From a candidate division WWE3 bacterium (GTDB lineage Bacteria; Patescibacteriota; WWE3; JAPLWK01), in the NCBI GenBank assembly GCA_026396615.1, contig JAPLWK010000004.1:48739-80738 (forward strand): a stretch of DNA of 32,000 nucleotides, given 5' to 3'. The notes under the pieces are model-generated. The model had not been told where the DNA came from. It saw only the letters and a list, made by a program, of their open reading frames with translations, and searched no databases. Below are positions 6,466 to 14,345 of this stretch, in pieces (within the stretch, counting starts at the first letter, position 1; the number at the start of each line of letters is the position of its first letter). Position numbers and translations under genes: made by a program.

Positions 6466-8754
6466 TTAAGATTTTGCTTTCTTGCGCGGCTTTTTGGCTG
6501 CTTCTGTGACCGGTAATCGTGGATCAGTTCCCGACACAAAGTCACACGCAGGATAGCGGCTACAGCCAAAGAACGTCTGCTTGCGTTTGGATTGTTTAAT
6601 TACGACCTCGCCAGTCTTGCATTTTGGACACGGTAGACCTAAATAGTGTGTGATTGGCTTTAAAAATTTGCACTTAGGGTATTTTTCGCAGGCGATAAAT
6701 TCGCCAAAAGGACCGGATTTAAGGACCAACTTCCCGCCGCAGGTTGGACACGGTTCTTTTAATTGCTCGGTGAGGCGACCCGCTTGCTCTAAATTGACTA
6801 GGACATCGGCCGCCATCTTCTTTTCCGGTGTCTCCATAAACTCCGCGTACTTACAATCCGGCCAGCCGCTGCAACTGAGGAATTTTCCGTAACGCCCCAA
6901 CTTATAAATTAGCGGCCTTCCACACTGCGGACATTTTTTGTCACTTTTCCCAACGTTTACAAAGTCGGACTTTTTAAGTTCCTTATCTTTGGCAAGAATT
7001 AACTGGTGAAAAGGTCCGTAGAAATCGCGAATGACAGGGACCCACTCTATCTTGCCGGCAGCGACTTCGTCTAATTCATCCTCCAGGTGCGCCGTAAAGG
7101 CGTAATCAACGACGTCCGGAAAATTGGCGGCCAGCAAGTCACTAACCACAAAGGCGACGTCCTTGGGAAACAAGGCCCGGCCATCTTTTCCTACGTAACC
7201 GCGAGTTTGAATGGTGTTAATGGTGGGCGCGTAAGTGGAGGGGCGCCCAATGCCGTATTCCTCCATAATTTTGATCAAGGAAGATTCGGTGTAACGCGCT
7301 GGTGGCTCCGTGAAATGCTGCCCGCTCTTTATCGGTGGCACTAAATGTAAAATCTGCCCCTCAGCTAAGTTAGCTAGTATTTTCGTAGTGTCACCACTCA
7401 TGGCAGCATCGTCCGTAGCTTCAGCGAAGGAGGATGCTGATTTACCACTAACCGTCATCCATCCATCAAACTTCAAGACCGAACCGGAAGCACGCAGTAA
7501 ATATTTATTATCCGCGGTGACCTCAACGCTTACGGTATCATAAACGGCCGGTGTCATTTGAGAAGCGAGTGATCGTTCCCAAATCAATCTATAGATCTTC
7601 CCCAAATCAGCCTTATCTCCCTTATCACCCATATCAGACAAATCAACATCCGTAACCCTTATAGCCTCGTGCGCCTCCTGGGCATTTTTGGATTTAGTGG
7701 CATAAACGGGCGCCACTTCGGGCAAATAATTATGACCGAACTGCTTCCCGATATATTCCCTGACAGAAGCTACGAATTGAGGTGAGAGGTTAGTGGAGTC
7801 AGTGCGGTGATAAGTGATGAGACCAGCCTCAAACAACTTTTGAGCGGCGTCCATGGTTCGTTTAGCCGCGAAACCGTAAGCATTGCCGGCCGCCTGCTGC
7901 AAGGATGAAGTAATGAAGGGCGCGTAAGGATTTCGCCGCTTCTCGCTTTTGGTGACAGCACTAATTTGGTATTTAGCCAACTCTAGTTCCGCAACAATGC
8001 TGGTAGCTTGCTTCCCCGATCCGATCTCAAATTTAACCCCCGTATCGCCTGTATCTCCCTGATTGCCCCGTATCTCTGCTACTAACTGAGCATCGAAGCC
8101 AGAAGTTTTTGCCGTTGCCTCACGTGCGAGGGGAACAAAAACCTCCCAGTATTCAACAGGCTTAAACGCTTGTCGCTCCCGCTCCCGCTCGACGACGAGG
8201 CGGACTGCCGCACTTTGGACCCGACCGGCCGAGAGGCCAAAAATGACCTTCTTCCAAAGTAACGGCGATAACTCATAGCCAACCAACCGATCTAGAATGC
8301 GCCGCGCCTGCTGGGCGTTAACTAGATCCATGTTGACGACACCCGGATGCGCAAACGCTTCTTCCACTGCGCTTTTAGTAATCTCATGAAACGCCACCCG
8401 CTTAAAAGAGCGACCTACTTGTCCTGAGCTTGTCGAAGGATCCGACTTATTCGACTTATTTAACAAATCCGCAATATGCCATGCAATCGCCTCACCCTCG
8501 CGATCAGGGTCAGTGGCCAGATAAATTTCGGAAGCGGTTTTGGCGGCCGCTCGCAACTCGGCCACGTGCTTTTCGGCTTTTTCGGGAATTATATATGTCG
8601 CCTTAAAGTCATGCTCTGTGTCAACGGCTATTTTGGACTTGGGTAGATCGGCCACATGACCGTAAGAGGCCAGGACGGTATAATCCTCCCCTAAAAACTT
8701 GCCTAAAGTTTTGGCTTTGGTGGGAGACTCAACGATGACAAGCTTTTTTGGCAT
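6466..8754 (-). CDS. topA: DNA topoisomerase I with C-terminal zinc-ribbon repeats
   Basis: MPKKLVIVESPTKAKT (Toprim), ATDPDREGEAIAWH, active-site region ITYHRTDS, and several CxxC...CxxC zinc ribbons at the C-terminus. Confidence 0.95.
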   Translation of the reverse strand: MPKKLVIVESPTKAKTLGKFLGEDYTVLASYGHVADLPKSKIAVDTEHDFKATYIIPEKAEKHVAELRAAAKTASEIYLATDPDREGEAIAWHIADLLNKSNKSDPSTSSGQVGRSFKRVAFHEITKSAVEEAFAHPGVVNMDLVNAQQARRILDRLVGYELSPLLWKKVIFGLSAGRVQSAAVRLVVERERERQAFKPVEYWEVFVPLAREATAKTSGFDAQLVAEIRGNQGDTGDTGVKFEIGSGKQATSIVAELELAKYQISAVTKSEKRRNPYAPFITSSLQQAAGNAYGFAAKRTMDAAQKLFEAGLITYHRTDSTNLSPQFVASVREYIGKQFGHNYLPEVAPVYATKSKNAQEAHEAIRVTDVDLSDMGDKGDKADLGKIYRLIWERSLASQMTPAVYDTVSVEVTADNKYLLRASGSVLKFDGWMTVSGKSASSFAEATDDAAMSGDTTKILANLAEGQILHLVPPIKSGQHFTEPPARYTESSLIKIMEEYGIGRPSTYAPTINTIQTRGYVGKDGRALFPKDVAFVVSDLLAANFPDVVDYAFTAHLEDELDEVAAGKIEWVPVIRDFYGPFHQLILAKDKELKKSDFVNVGKSDKKCPQCGRPLIYKLGRYGKFLSCSGWPDCKYAEFMETPEKKMAADVLVNLEQAGRLTEQLKEPCPTCGGKLVLKSGPFGEFIACEKYPKCKFLKPITHYLGLPCPKCKTGEVVIKQSKRKQTFFGCSRYPACDFVSGTDPRLPVTEAAKKPRKKAKS
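7604..7648. repeat. 9-bp tandem repeat x5 inside topA
   Basis: AAATCAGCC / TTATCTCCC / TTATCACCC / ATATCAGAC / AAATCAACA. Encodes VDLSDMGDKGDKADLG. Confidence 0.7.
8041..8076. repeat. 9-bp tandem repeat x4 inside topA
   Basis: CGTATCGCC / TGTATCTCC / CTGATTGCC / CCGTATCTC, exactly in codon phase. Encodes EIR-GNQ-GDT-GDT. Confidence 0.7.
8422..8440. repeat. 17/19 copy of the 19-mer CCCTGAGCTTGTCGAAGGG inside topA
   Basis: TCCTGAGCTTGTCGAAGGA, encoding part of DPSTSSGQVGRS. A 9-bp x2 repeat CGACTTATT-CGACTTATT follows immediately. Confidence 0.75.
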
Positions 8755-8810
8755 ATTCTAAAAGAGTAACATAACTGTCAAGAGGTGACCACTAACAAAA
8801 ATGTAAATCC

Positions 8811-8960
8811 AATTTTCAATTTGAAATTTACAATTTGAAGTCAATTTGAAATGTTAGAATTTTTAATTTGAAAGAATCGTTTATAAAGTAGTAACAACCG
8901 ATGTTTGAAACATTTCAAATTTAATATTGAATTCAAATTTCGAATTTTAAATTTCAAATT
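8811..8960. repeat. AT-rich palindromic (MITE-like) intergenic element, copy A
   Basis: AATTTGAAA / TTTCAAATT-rich arms around the central palindrome ATGTTTGAAACAT. Its left 22-mer AATTTGAAATTTACAATTTGAA (8818-8839) is the exact reverse complement of 28702-28723 in copy B. The two copies share a core of roughly 70 nt. Confidence 0.8.
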
Positions 8961-8965
8961 ACGAT

Positions 8966-10063
8966 TCAACGTCCCCATTTACCAGATTTACTCTTGGCCA
9001 ATCCTTTTAATTCCAACATTGTGAGCGCCACGGCGACTTGTGACGAAGGCAACCCCAAGCGACGGCTCAAATCGTCAACGTATAACTCTTCTCGAGCGAG
9101 AAGATCGAAAACCAGCCGTTCGTCGGCCGATAAACCCATGTTCATATTGTCCCTATCACACTTATCAAACCTATCAGACTTATCGACCAACAAACCTAAC
9201 GCTTGTAGAATATCGGCGGCACTACTCACAGGAGTGGCCCCATCCTTTATTAAACGGTTCGTTCCCGCGGATTCTTCGCTAAAAATAGACCCCGGCACGG
9301 CGAGCACTTCCCGCCCCTGCTCCGCGGCGTTACCGGCAGTGATCAGCGAACCGCTTTTTTCGGCCGCTTCAATGACGACCGTTCCCAGTGACAGGCCCGA
9401 GATGATGCGGTTCCGAATTGGAAAATAATAATTCTGAGGGATTGTGCCGAGCGGAAATTCGGAGACGATGGCGCCGCCTTTCTCGATGATAGCGTGACCG
9501 AGTTGTTCGTTGGCGGCCGGAGTAATATTGTCGACCCCGGAAGCAAGGACCGCCACGGGCCTGCCCTGAGCTTGTCGAAGGGTCTCTTCAGCCACTTTAG
9601 CATCGACCCCAAAGGCCAGTCCGGAAACAATCGTCAGACCGGCCCGGACGAGTTCAGGGACGATAGTTTCGATGACCCGCTCGCCATAGGCCGTCATGCG
9701 GCGAGTACCAACGATAGCAACGGCCCTCGCGATCGTATCCGGCAGCTGACCGCGAACGTAAATTAAATAGGGATGATCGGGAATGGCCAACAAATTTGCG
9801 GGAAATAGAGCATCTTTTTCGGTTAGCACACTCACATCTTTACTATCAATAATCTTTTCTAGTCCTTTCATATCAGCTTTATCTCGTTGTTGTATAGTTC
9901 TAGCAGATACTTCAGTTGACATGCCAATTGAAGCTAAATCCCGCAGCTGGAAACTACGCCACGCTGTTTCCACGTCACCGTAAATATCAATTAATTTATG
10001 AAGACGTGACGGACCGATGACGTCGAAGAGTTGGGAGAAAGCGAGGTAATAAAGAGTATTCAT
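8966..10063 (-). CDS. dprA: DNA-processing protein DprA (Smf)
   Basis: AIVGTRRMTAYG, IVSGLAFGVDA, FPIRNRIISGLSLGTVVIEAAEKSGSLITA, and a C-terminal winged-helix-like tail. The dprA-topA order is a common synteny. Confidence 0.9.
   Translation of the reverse strand: MNTLYYLAFSQLFDVIGPSRLHKLIDIYGDVETAWRSFQLRDLASIGMSTEVSARTIQQRDKADMKGLEKIIDSKDVSVLTEKDALFPANLLAIPDHPYLIYVRGQLPDTIARAVAIVGTRRMTAYGERVIETIVPELVRAGLTIVSGLAFGVDAKVAEETLRQAQGRPVAVLASGVDNITPAANEQLGHAIIEKGGAIVSEFPLGTIPQNYYFPIRNRIISGLSLGTVVIEAAEKSGSLITAGNAAEQGREVLAVPGSIFSEESAGTNRLIKDGATPVSSAADILQALGLLVDKSDRFDKCDRDNMNMGLSADERLVFDLLAREELYVDDLSRRLGLPSSQVAVALTMLELKGLAKSKSGKWGR
9153..9188. repeat. 9-bp tandem repeat x4 inside the dprA linker
   Basis: CTATCACAC / TTATCAAAC / CTATCAGAC / TTATCGACC. 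Encodes DKSDRFDKCDRD. Confidence 0.7.
9564..9582. repeat. 19-mer CCCTGAGCTTGTCGAAGGG inside dprA
   Basis: Identical to 24309-24327. Encodes part of LRQAQGRP. Confidence 0.85.
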
Positions 10064-10074
10064 AAAATAAACCT

Positions 10075-10172
10075 GTCATTCCGGGCTTGACCCGGAATCC
10101 AGTAACCCCGGCCGATTGTTTTTTGTTGTTTGTTATTTGTTTACTGGATTCCGGCTCCGGGGCCGGAATGAC
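10075..10172 (+). repeat. Palindromic mini-element copy 1 (full, 98 bp, intergenic)
   Basis: GTCATTCCGGGCTTGACCCGGAATCCAGTAA ... TTACTGGATTCCGGCTCCGGGGCCGGAATGAC. It begins 12 nt upstream of the dprA ATG and ends 10 nt after the stop of the upstream gene. Confidence 0.95.
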
Positions 10173-10181
10173 GAATCTTTT

Positions 10182-12662
10182 CTACAAATTCTCCCGATAA
10201 AATTTCGCCGCTTCTTCCGGACTGGCCTTATCATCAACCATAACGCCCGCCCCCAGCTCAATGCCAGCCAGGACCTTGAGGCGCGGCACCAGTTCCAAGT
10301 GCCAGTGATAGGACTTCTGATGACTGCTATAAAGACCGTATTTGGGAAGACTATGAATCCAGAAGTTATAAGCAGCATCACTAAAGCCTTTTTTAATGAC
10401 CGCGGTGACTTTGATTAATGACGCCGCCAAAGCCGCCATTTCCTCTTTGCGAATTTCCGTAAAGTCACTTTGATGGCGCTTCGGCAAAATCATTAGCTCA
10501 TAAGGCCAAGCCGAAGCGAAGGGCGTCACGACAATGATGTACTTATCCTCGTAGATAAGCCGCTCCGTGAAGACGTTGTCATTCTCTATAAGGCGACAAT
10601 ACACGCACTCGCCCCGCTCAGCGTAGTAAGAATCAGACTGAGTGACCTCTTCGGCAATCGTTTCCGGTAGACGATTGAAGATGACAAGTTGCGAATGAGG
10701 ATGCGAGAGACTGGCCCCGGCCGCCGCCCCATGATTGCAGTATAAGTGGGGGTAAAAGTCTTCCCGCTCGGCTGCATAATATTCGAAGCGTTGCTTGTAG
10801 GCGGCTAGAACGTTTAAAGCTTCAGGAACAGTGTAATCTGCCCAGTCGCGAGTCCCATCAGGATTATGAATAATGACTTCGTGGTAGTCGGTAATCGGAT
10901 ATTTGTTGGGCGTGACCCGCACTTGCCAACCCTCTTTGTTGATCTCACCGCCACCAATTCTGAAAACCTCGGGAGGCGTTAAAGCCTCATTGCCATAAGC
11001 AAAAGGGTCAACTTTGACCGTTGAACCCACGGAAACCGGTCGAGACTTTCGACTAGGGGCAATAACAGTCCACAATTCTTTGGTTTTATCGAAACGAAAG
11101 AGACCCCCTGCCTTACTTGTCATTCCGGCCCCGGAGCCGGAATCCAGTAACCCGGCCCGATTGTTGTTTGTTGTTTGTTGTTTGTTATCGAAATCGGCTT
11201 TACTGGATTCCAGGTCTTGTCCCGAATGACGAATTTGGTTGTTGGTTTTCTCTAAAATCACTACCTTCTTGTACACTTCCACATACTTCTCCGCTGACCG
11301 GGCCCAGGACCAGTCATAAGCCATGGCATTACAAACCATCTTTTTCCACGAATAAGGGTTTCCAAACGTTTTAGCAGTGCGGTTTATCGCTTCCCCTAGT
11401 GATTTCGGGGAAAAGTCTTTAAATACAAAACCGTCGATCCCGTCTTTAACACTATCGTGAAGCCCACCGACGTCCCGAACGACAGGTAGTGAGCCGTAGC
11501 GCATGGCAATCATTTGAGTGAGACCACAGGGCTCAAAACGGCTGGGAACCAGGAACAAATCCGACCCCGCATAAATGCGCCGCGCCAGTCCTTCATCAAA
11601 ACCAAGAACGGCCTTAAAGTCAGAATTTTGACCGAACCGATCGTTTTCCGACTTCAATTTTTCTTCCAGGGACTCTTCCCCACTGCCTAAAATGATAAGT
11701 TGTGCGTTATTTCTAAGTACCTCATTCAAACTACCGAGAACTAAGTCGATACCCTTTTGATGAGTCAAACGGCCAATTAAACCGATCACCAACTTCGTCG
11801 GATCCGGATTAAGTCCTAATTCTTTTTGAAGAGCTATTTTGTTAGCGAGTTTACCGCTAACGAAAAGCTCACTGTCATAGTGAGTTGAGATATTAGGATC
11901 GGTTTTAGGATCATAAGTGTCGGTATCGATGCCGTTAAGAATGCCAACCAGCCGACCGGCTCGGGCTCGCAGAACATCGTCTAACCCTTCCCCAAATTCC
12001 TGGGTCGTGATTTCACGAGCGTAATTCTCGGAAACTGTTGTCACTAAAGTACAACGAGTCACCCCTTGCAGAAGCAGGTCTAGATTGCTATCAGCTTCAT
12101 CCCAATCAAGCAGTCTATCTCTGTTAGTGATAAGATCAAGACTTTTGTTTATATCTAAAGAGGAAAAGCCCTGGTTAGCCAAATTGTGAATCGTTAAAAT
12201 CGTGGGCACGTGTTTATCTTTTAGAAAATATGGAATTAAAGCCGTGTGCCAGTCATTACAATGAACAAGATCTGGCTGAAGACTGTCGCAAAACTGAGCC
12301 ACGGCTTTACTGAAGAAGGCGAAGCGAGAAATTTCTTCTTGGGAGGAGGCGAAGGCTGATTTGTCAAAATAAACGCCGCCGTTACTTAAATAAGTCTCGT
12401 TTTGCAGAAAGAAAATCGGAACTTGTGACTCAGGAATCTTGCTAACGTAAACTGTGACCGACTCTTCTTTGTTGTTAAACCTGACCGAAAACTCTTCGCG
12501 CTTTGTCGTTACAGTGTCAACGAGAGATTTATAAAGCGGAATTACCACCGCCACCTCTACCCCGAGTGACAAAAGAGCCTTGGGTAAAGCTCCAATGACA
12601 TCGCCAAGACCACCGACTTTTATAAACGGGGCGCACTCTGAGGCCGCGAGCAGTACTTTCAT
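10182..12662 (-). CDS. glgA: Glycogen/starch synthase (GT5) fused in-frame to a GalT-family (HIT-like) hexose-1-phosphate nucleotidyltransferase
   Basis: N-terminal half: MKVLLAASECAPFIKVGGLGDV ... SRFEPCGLTQMIAMRYGSLPVVRDVGGL (GlgA). C-terminal half: CVYC and SLSHPHSQL (the GalT His-Pro-His active site). The two halves are joined by element copy 2. ATG 12662 is preferred over the track's TTG at 12665. Confidence 0.8.
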   Translation of the reverse strand: MKVLLAASECAPFIKVGGLGDVIGALPKALLSLGVEVAVVIPLYKSLVDTVTTKREEFSVRFNNKEESVTVYVSKIPESQVPIFFLQNETYLSNGGVYFDKSAFASSQEEISRFAFFSKAVAQFCDSLQPDLVHCNDWHTALIPYFLKDKHVPTILTIHNLANQGFSSLDINKSLDLITNRDRLLDWDEADSNLDLLLQGVTRCTLVTTVSENYAREITTQEFGEGLDDVLRARAGRLVGILNGIDTDTYDPKTDPNISTHYDSELFVSGKLANKIALQKELGLNPDPTKLVIGLIGRLTHQKGIDLVLGSLNEVLRNNAQLIILGSGEESLEEKLKSENDRFGQNSDFKAVLGFDEGLARRIYAGSDLFLVPSRFEPCGLTQMIAMRYGSLPVVRDVGGLHDSVKDGIDGFVFKDFSPKSLGEAINRTAKTFGNPYSWKKMVCNAMAYDWSWARSAEKYVEVYKKVVILEKTNNQIRHSGQDLESSKADFDNKQQTTNNNRAGLLDSGSGAGMTSKAGGLFRFDKTKELWTVIAPSRKSRPVSVGSTVKVDPFAYGNEALTPPEVFRIGGGEINKEGWQVRVTPNKYPITDYHEVIIHNPDGTRDWADYTVPEALNVLAAYKQRFEYYAAEREDFYPHLYCNHGAAAGASLSHPHSQLVIFNRLPETIAEEVTQSDSYYAERGECVYCRLIENDNVFTERLIYEDKYIIVVTPFASAWPYELMILPKRHQSDFTEIRKEEMAALAASLIKVTAVIKKGFSDAAYNFWIHSLPKYGLYSSHQKSYHWHLELVPRLKVLAGIELGAGVMVDDKASPEEAAKFYRENL
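11119..11230 (-). repeat. Palindromic mini-element copy 2 (full, inverted orientation, 112 bp, read through in-frame)
   Basis: GTCATTCCGGCCCCGGAGCCGGAATCCAGTAA ... TTACTGGATTCCAGGTCTTGTCCCGAATGAC (degenerate second arm). Translated as RHSGQDLESSKADFDNKQQTTNNNRAGLLDSGSGAGMTSK. Confidence 0.95.
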
Positions 12663-12670
12663 CAACTAAT

Positions 12671-12679
12671 AATTTAGCA
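12671..12679 (-). promoter_or_regulatory. Extended -10 (TGcTAAATT), 8 nt upstream of ATG 12662
   Basis: Minus strand: GGAATGACGGAAGTGGGTTGAATGTGCTAAATT-ATTAGTTG-ATG. The solo element arm lies directly upstream. Confidence 0.4.
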
Positions 12680-12695
12680 CATTCAACCCACTTCC

Positions 12696-12724
12696 GTCAT
12701 TCCGGGCTTGACCCGGAATCCAGT
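12696..12724 (+). repeat. Palindromic mini-element copy 3 (solo arm, intergenic)
   Basis: GTCATTCCGGGCTTGACCCGGAATCCAGT. Confidence 0.9.
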
Positions 12725-12778
12725 GGTTGGATTGCGGGCGGGAAAACCCCGCCACTACATTTTTGTCAGGATGGAATA

Positions 12779-14305
12779 TTATTTCCGATACCCTTCCAAC
12801 TCTTTTATGCGATCGCGAAGCTGAATGGCCCGCTCGTACTCTTCATGAGCGACGACACTGTTAAGTTCTACTTTGATAGTCGCAATCATCTTATCAAGTT
12901 CGCTTCCCGGAATGCTGGGCAGGCCCTGGTCGGTAGACATCCGCACCGCCTCATCTTCAGCCTTGCTCATTTCGTCAACTTTTCCAGATCGTTGCCAAGC
13001 AAATCCCGTCGTTAAAATTCGATAATAAAGATCTTGGGCTTCGTCGACTTTATCTTGACCACACAGACCCTCTTCTTTAGCCGCTTTGACGGTCGCCAGA
13101 AGCTCCATCGCGCCCCGTTCAATCATTTCCAAACTCCACCAGGGAGTAGCCGAAGCCCACCAGTATTGATCGGAGTGGAGGGCGCGGTCTAGCAGCTCTC
13201 TACTCGTCATTCCGGGCTTGACCCGGAATCCAGTAACCCCGGCCGATTGTTTTTTGTTGTTTGTTATTTGTTTACTGGATTCCGGCTCTGGGGCCGGAAT
13301 GACAGATGTAGCCAACCTCGTCAACTCCCACTGCAACTGATGAATTTCGTTTGTTGGCTCATCCCATCGATTAAAAGGCACGCCGCGCGGAATATCTTTC
13401 TCCATTAAGGCCCAGGTGGACGGGAAGGTCGGAGTCGACTCTCGTTTTGGGTACAAAGTAGGCAGTTCACTGATAGTAACGGACTTGATTTCGGGATCTT
13501 TATAGATTTCAAACAGTAATTTCTCCATTCCGGGGCGGTGATGACCAAAAGTCTCACCATCCATAGCGGTTAAGAGGTACGAGCCGTCGTTTCGGCGTTC
13601 CCCCAGAGCTTGCAGGAACAAAGCCGGAGTGCCAAGTTGACCGGAAAGCACGTGGTAAGAGAAATTCCGATCCCGAAAAAAGATTTGTAACGACCCAACA
13701 TCGGAAACGTTGTAAATACGGTCATATTTTACTTGACCTAAATGCTGCGAATACGACAACTCCTCGGCAATGATCCATTCGTAACCAAGCGAAGCTACAA
13801 CTTCTGCTACGTAGCGGTCATAAGCCATTTCGGGAGGAAAAAAGCCACGTAATCGAGGCGCGGTTTTACTTGTCATTCCGGCCCCGGAGCCGGAATCCAG
13901 TAACTCAGATTGATCGGATTTACTAGATTCCGGGTCAAGCCCGGAATGACGAGAGGTTGGCGGCAAAACCCCAAAATACTTAAAAAGACCCTCCTCATTA
14001 AGATGAACTTGACGAGTAATCTCCTCTTTAGATATTTTAGGTAATAAAGGATGAAATTTGGCAGAGCCCACTAACTCCACTTGACCTCGTTGCACTAGAA
14101 TCTTAAGACCATCTATGACATCCTGATGGCCATATTGTGACCATAAATCACATAGAACGGCATTGACATTCAATGTCAATTTAGCCTCAGGATTATTTAG
14201 AAGCTCCGTCACGATCCGGCGATAGCATTCATTGGTAACCCGATCTACCCAGTATTGTTTCTGAGTAGGTGGCTGATAAAAATGAAGAAAATTACTCCAG
14301 ATCAT
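12779..14305 (-). CDS. Glycoside hydrolase family 57 protein (paralog 2) with a C-terminal UVR-like motif
   Basis: MIWSNFLHFYQPP, GQVELVGSAKFHPLLP, MDGETFGHHRPG, and SDQYWWAS, shared with paralog 1. The tail is EEYERAIQLRDRIKELEG. Start set at ATG 14305 because the track's upstream extension (MLIYWIPGQARNDILS) is element-derived. Confidence 0.8.
   Translation of the reverse strand: MIWSNFLHFYQPPTQKQYWVDRVTNECYRRIVTELLNNPEAKLTLNVNAVLCDLWSQYGHQDVIDGLKILVQRGQVELVGSAKFHPLLPKISKEEITRQVHLNEEGLFKYFGVLPPTSRHSGLDPESSKSDQSELLDSGSGAGMTSKTAPRLRGFFPPEMAYDRYVAEVVASLGYEWIIAEELSYSQHLGQVKYDRIYNVSDVGSLQIFFRDRNFSYHVLSGQLGTPALFLQALGERRNDGSYLLTAMDGETFGHHRPGMEKLLFEIYKDPEIKSVTISELPTLYPKRESTPTFPSTWALMEKDIPRGVPFNRWDEPTNEIHQLQWELTRLATSVIPAPEPESSKQITNNKKQSAGVTGFRVKPGMTSRELLDRALHSDQYWWASATPWWSLEMIERGAMELLATVKAAKEEGLCGQDKVDEAQDLYYRILTTGFAWQRSGKVDEMSKAEDEAVRMSTDQGLPSIPGSELDKMIATIKVELNSVVAHEEYERAIQLRDRIKELEGYRK
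13206..13303 (+). repeat. Palindromic mini-element copy 4 (full, 98 bp, in-frame inside GH57 paralog 2)
   Basis: Differs from copy 1 by a single base (CTCTGG vs CTCCGG). Translated as IPAPEPESSKQITNNKKQSAGVTGFRVKPGMTS. Confidence 0.95.
13872..13950 (-). repeat. Palindromic mini-element copy 5 (full, inverted, 79 bp, in-frame inside GH57 paralog 2)
   Basis: GTCATTCCGGCCCCGGAGCCGGAATCCAGTAA-CTCAGATTGATCGGAT-TTACTAGATTCCGGGTCAAGCCCGGAATGAC. Translated as RHSGLDPESSKSDQSELLDSGSGAGMTSK. Confidence 0.95.
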
Positions 14306-14314
14306 AGATAAAAT

Positions 14315-14345
14315 GTCATTCCGGGCTTGACCCGGAATCCAGTAA
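14315..14345 (+). repeat. Palindromic mini-element copy 6 (solo arm) at the GH57-1 / GH57-2 junction
   Basis: Encodes the last residues LLDSGSSPE plus the TGA stop of paralog 1. It ends 9 nt upstream of the ATG of paralog 2. Confidence 0.9.

Noticed and set aside
8755-8800. TTGACA...TAGAAT directly abutting the topA ATG as the topA promoter
   Set aside because: The -10-like hexamer ends at the ATG itself, so a transcript from it would lack the start codon, and the spacer is only ~15 nt. The real topA promoter is probably further upstream, possibly within the AT-rich element.
8755-8965. AT-rich region next to topA/dprA as a replication origin
   Set aside because: I saw no DnaA-box-like 9-mers (TTATCCACA or its complement) and no dnaA or dnaN nearby. 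A near-identical element recurs at 28.6 kb, which favours a repeat element.
2405-9983. Numerous 60-150-aa antisense or shadow ORFs inside the 696-aa gene, topA, dprA, pyrG and others (for example 2405..2860, 6650..6892, 8994..9428)
   Set aside because: They lie fully inside and antisense or out of frame to strongly supported genes. They have low-complexity S/R/P-rich translations typical of shadow frames.
10116-11374. Track ORFs 10116..10418(+), 10133..10381(-), 11014..11229(+), 11117..11374(+)
   Set aside because: They start in or are dominated by element sequence (peptides such as SFRPRSRNPV and GFRLRGRNDE) and lie antisense to or overlapping the well-supported glgA-galT gene. They are artefacts of the open frames of the element.
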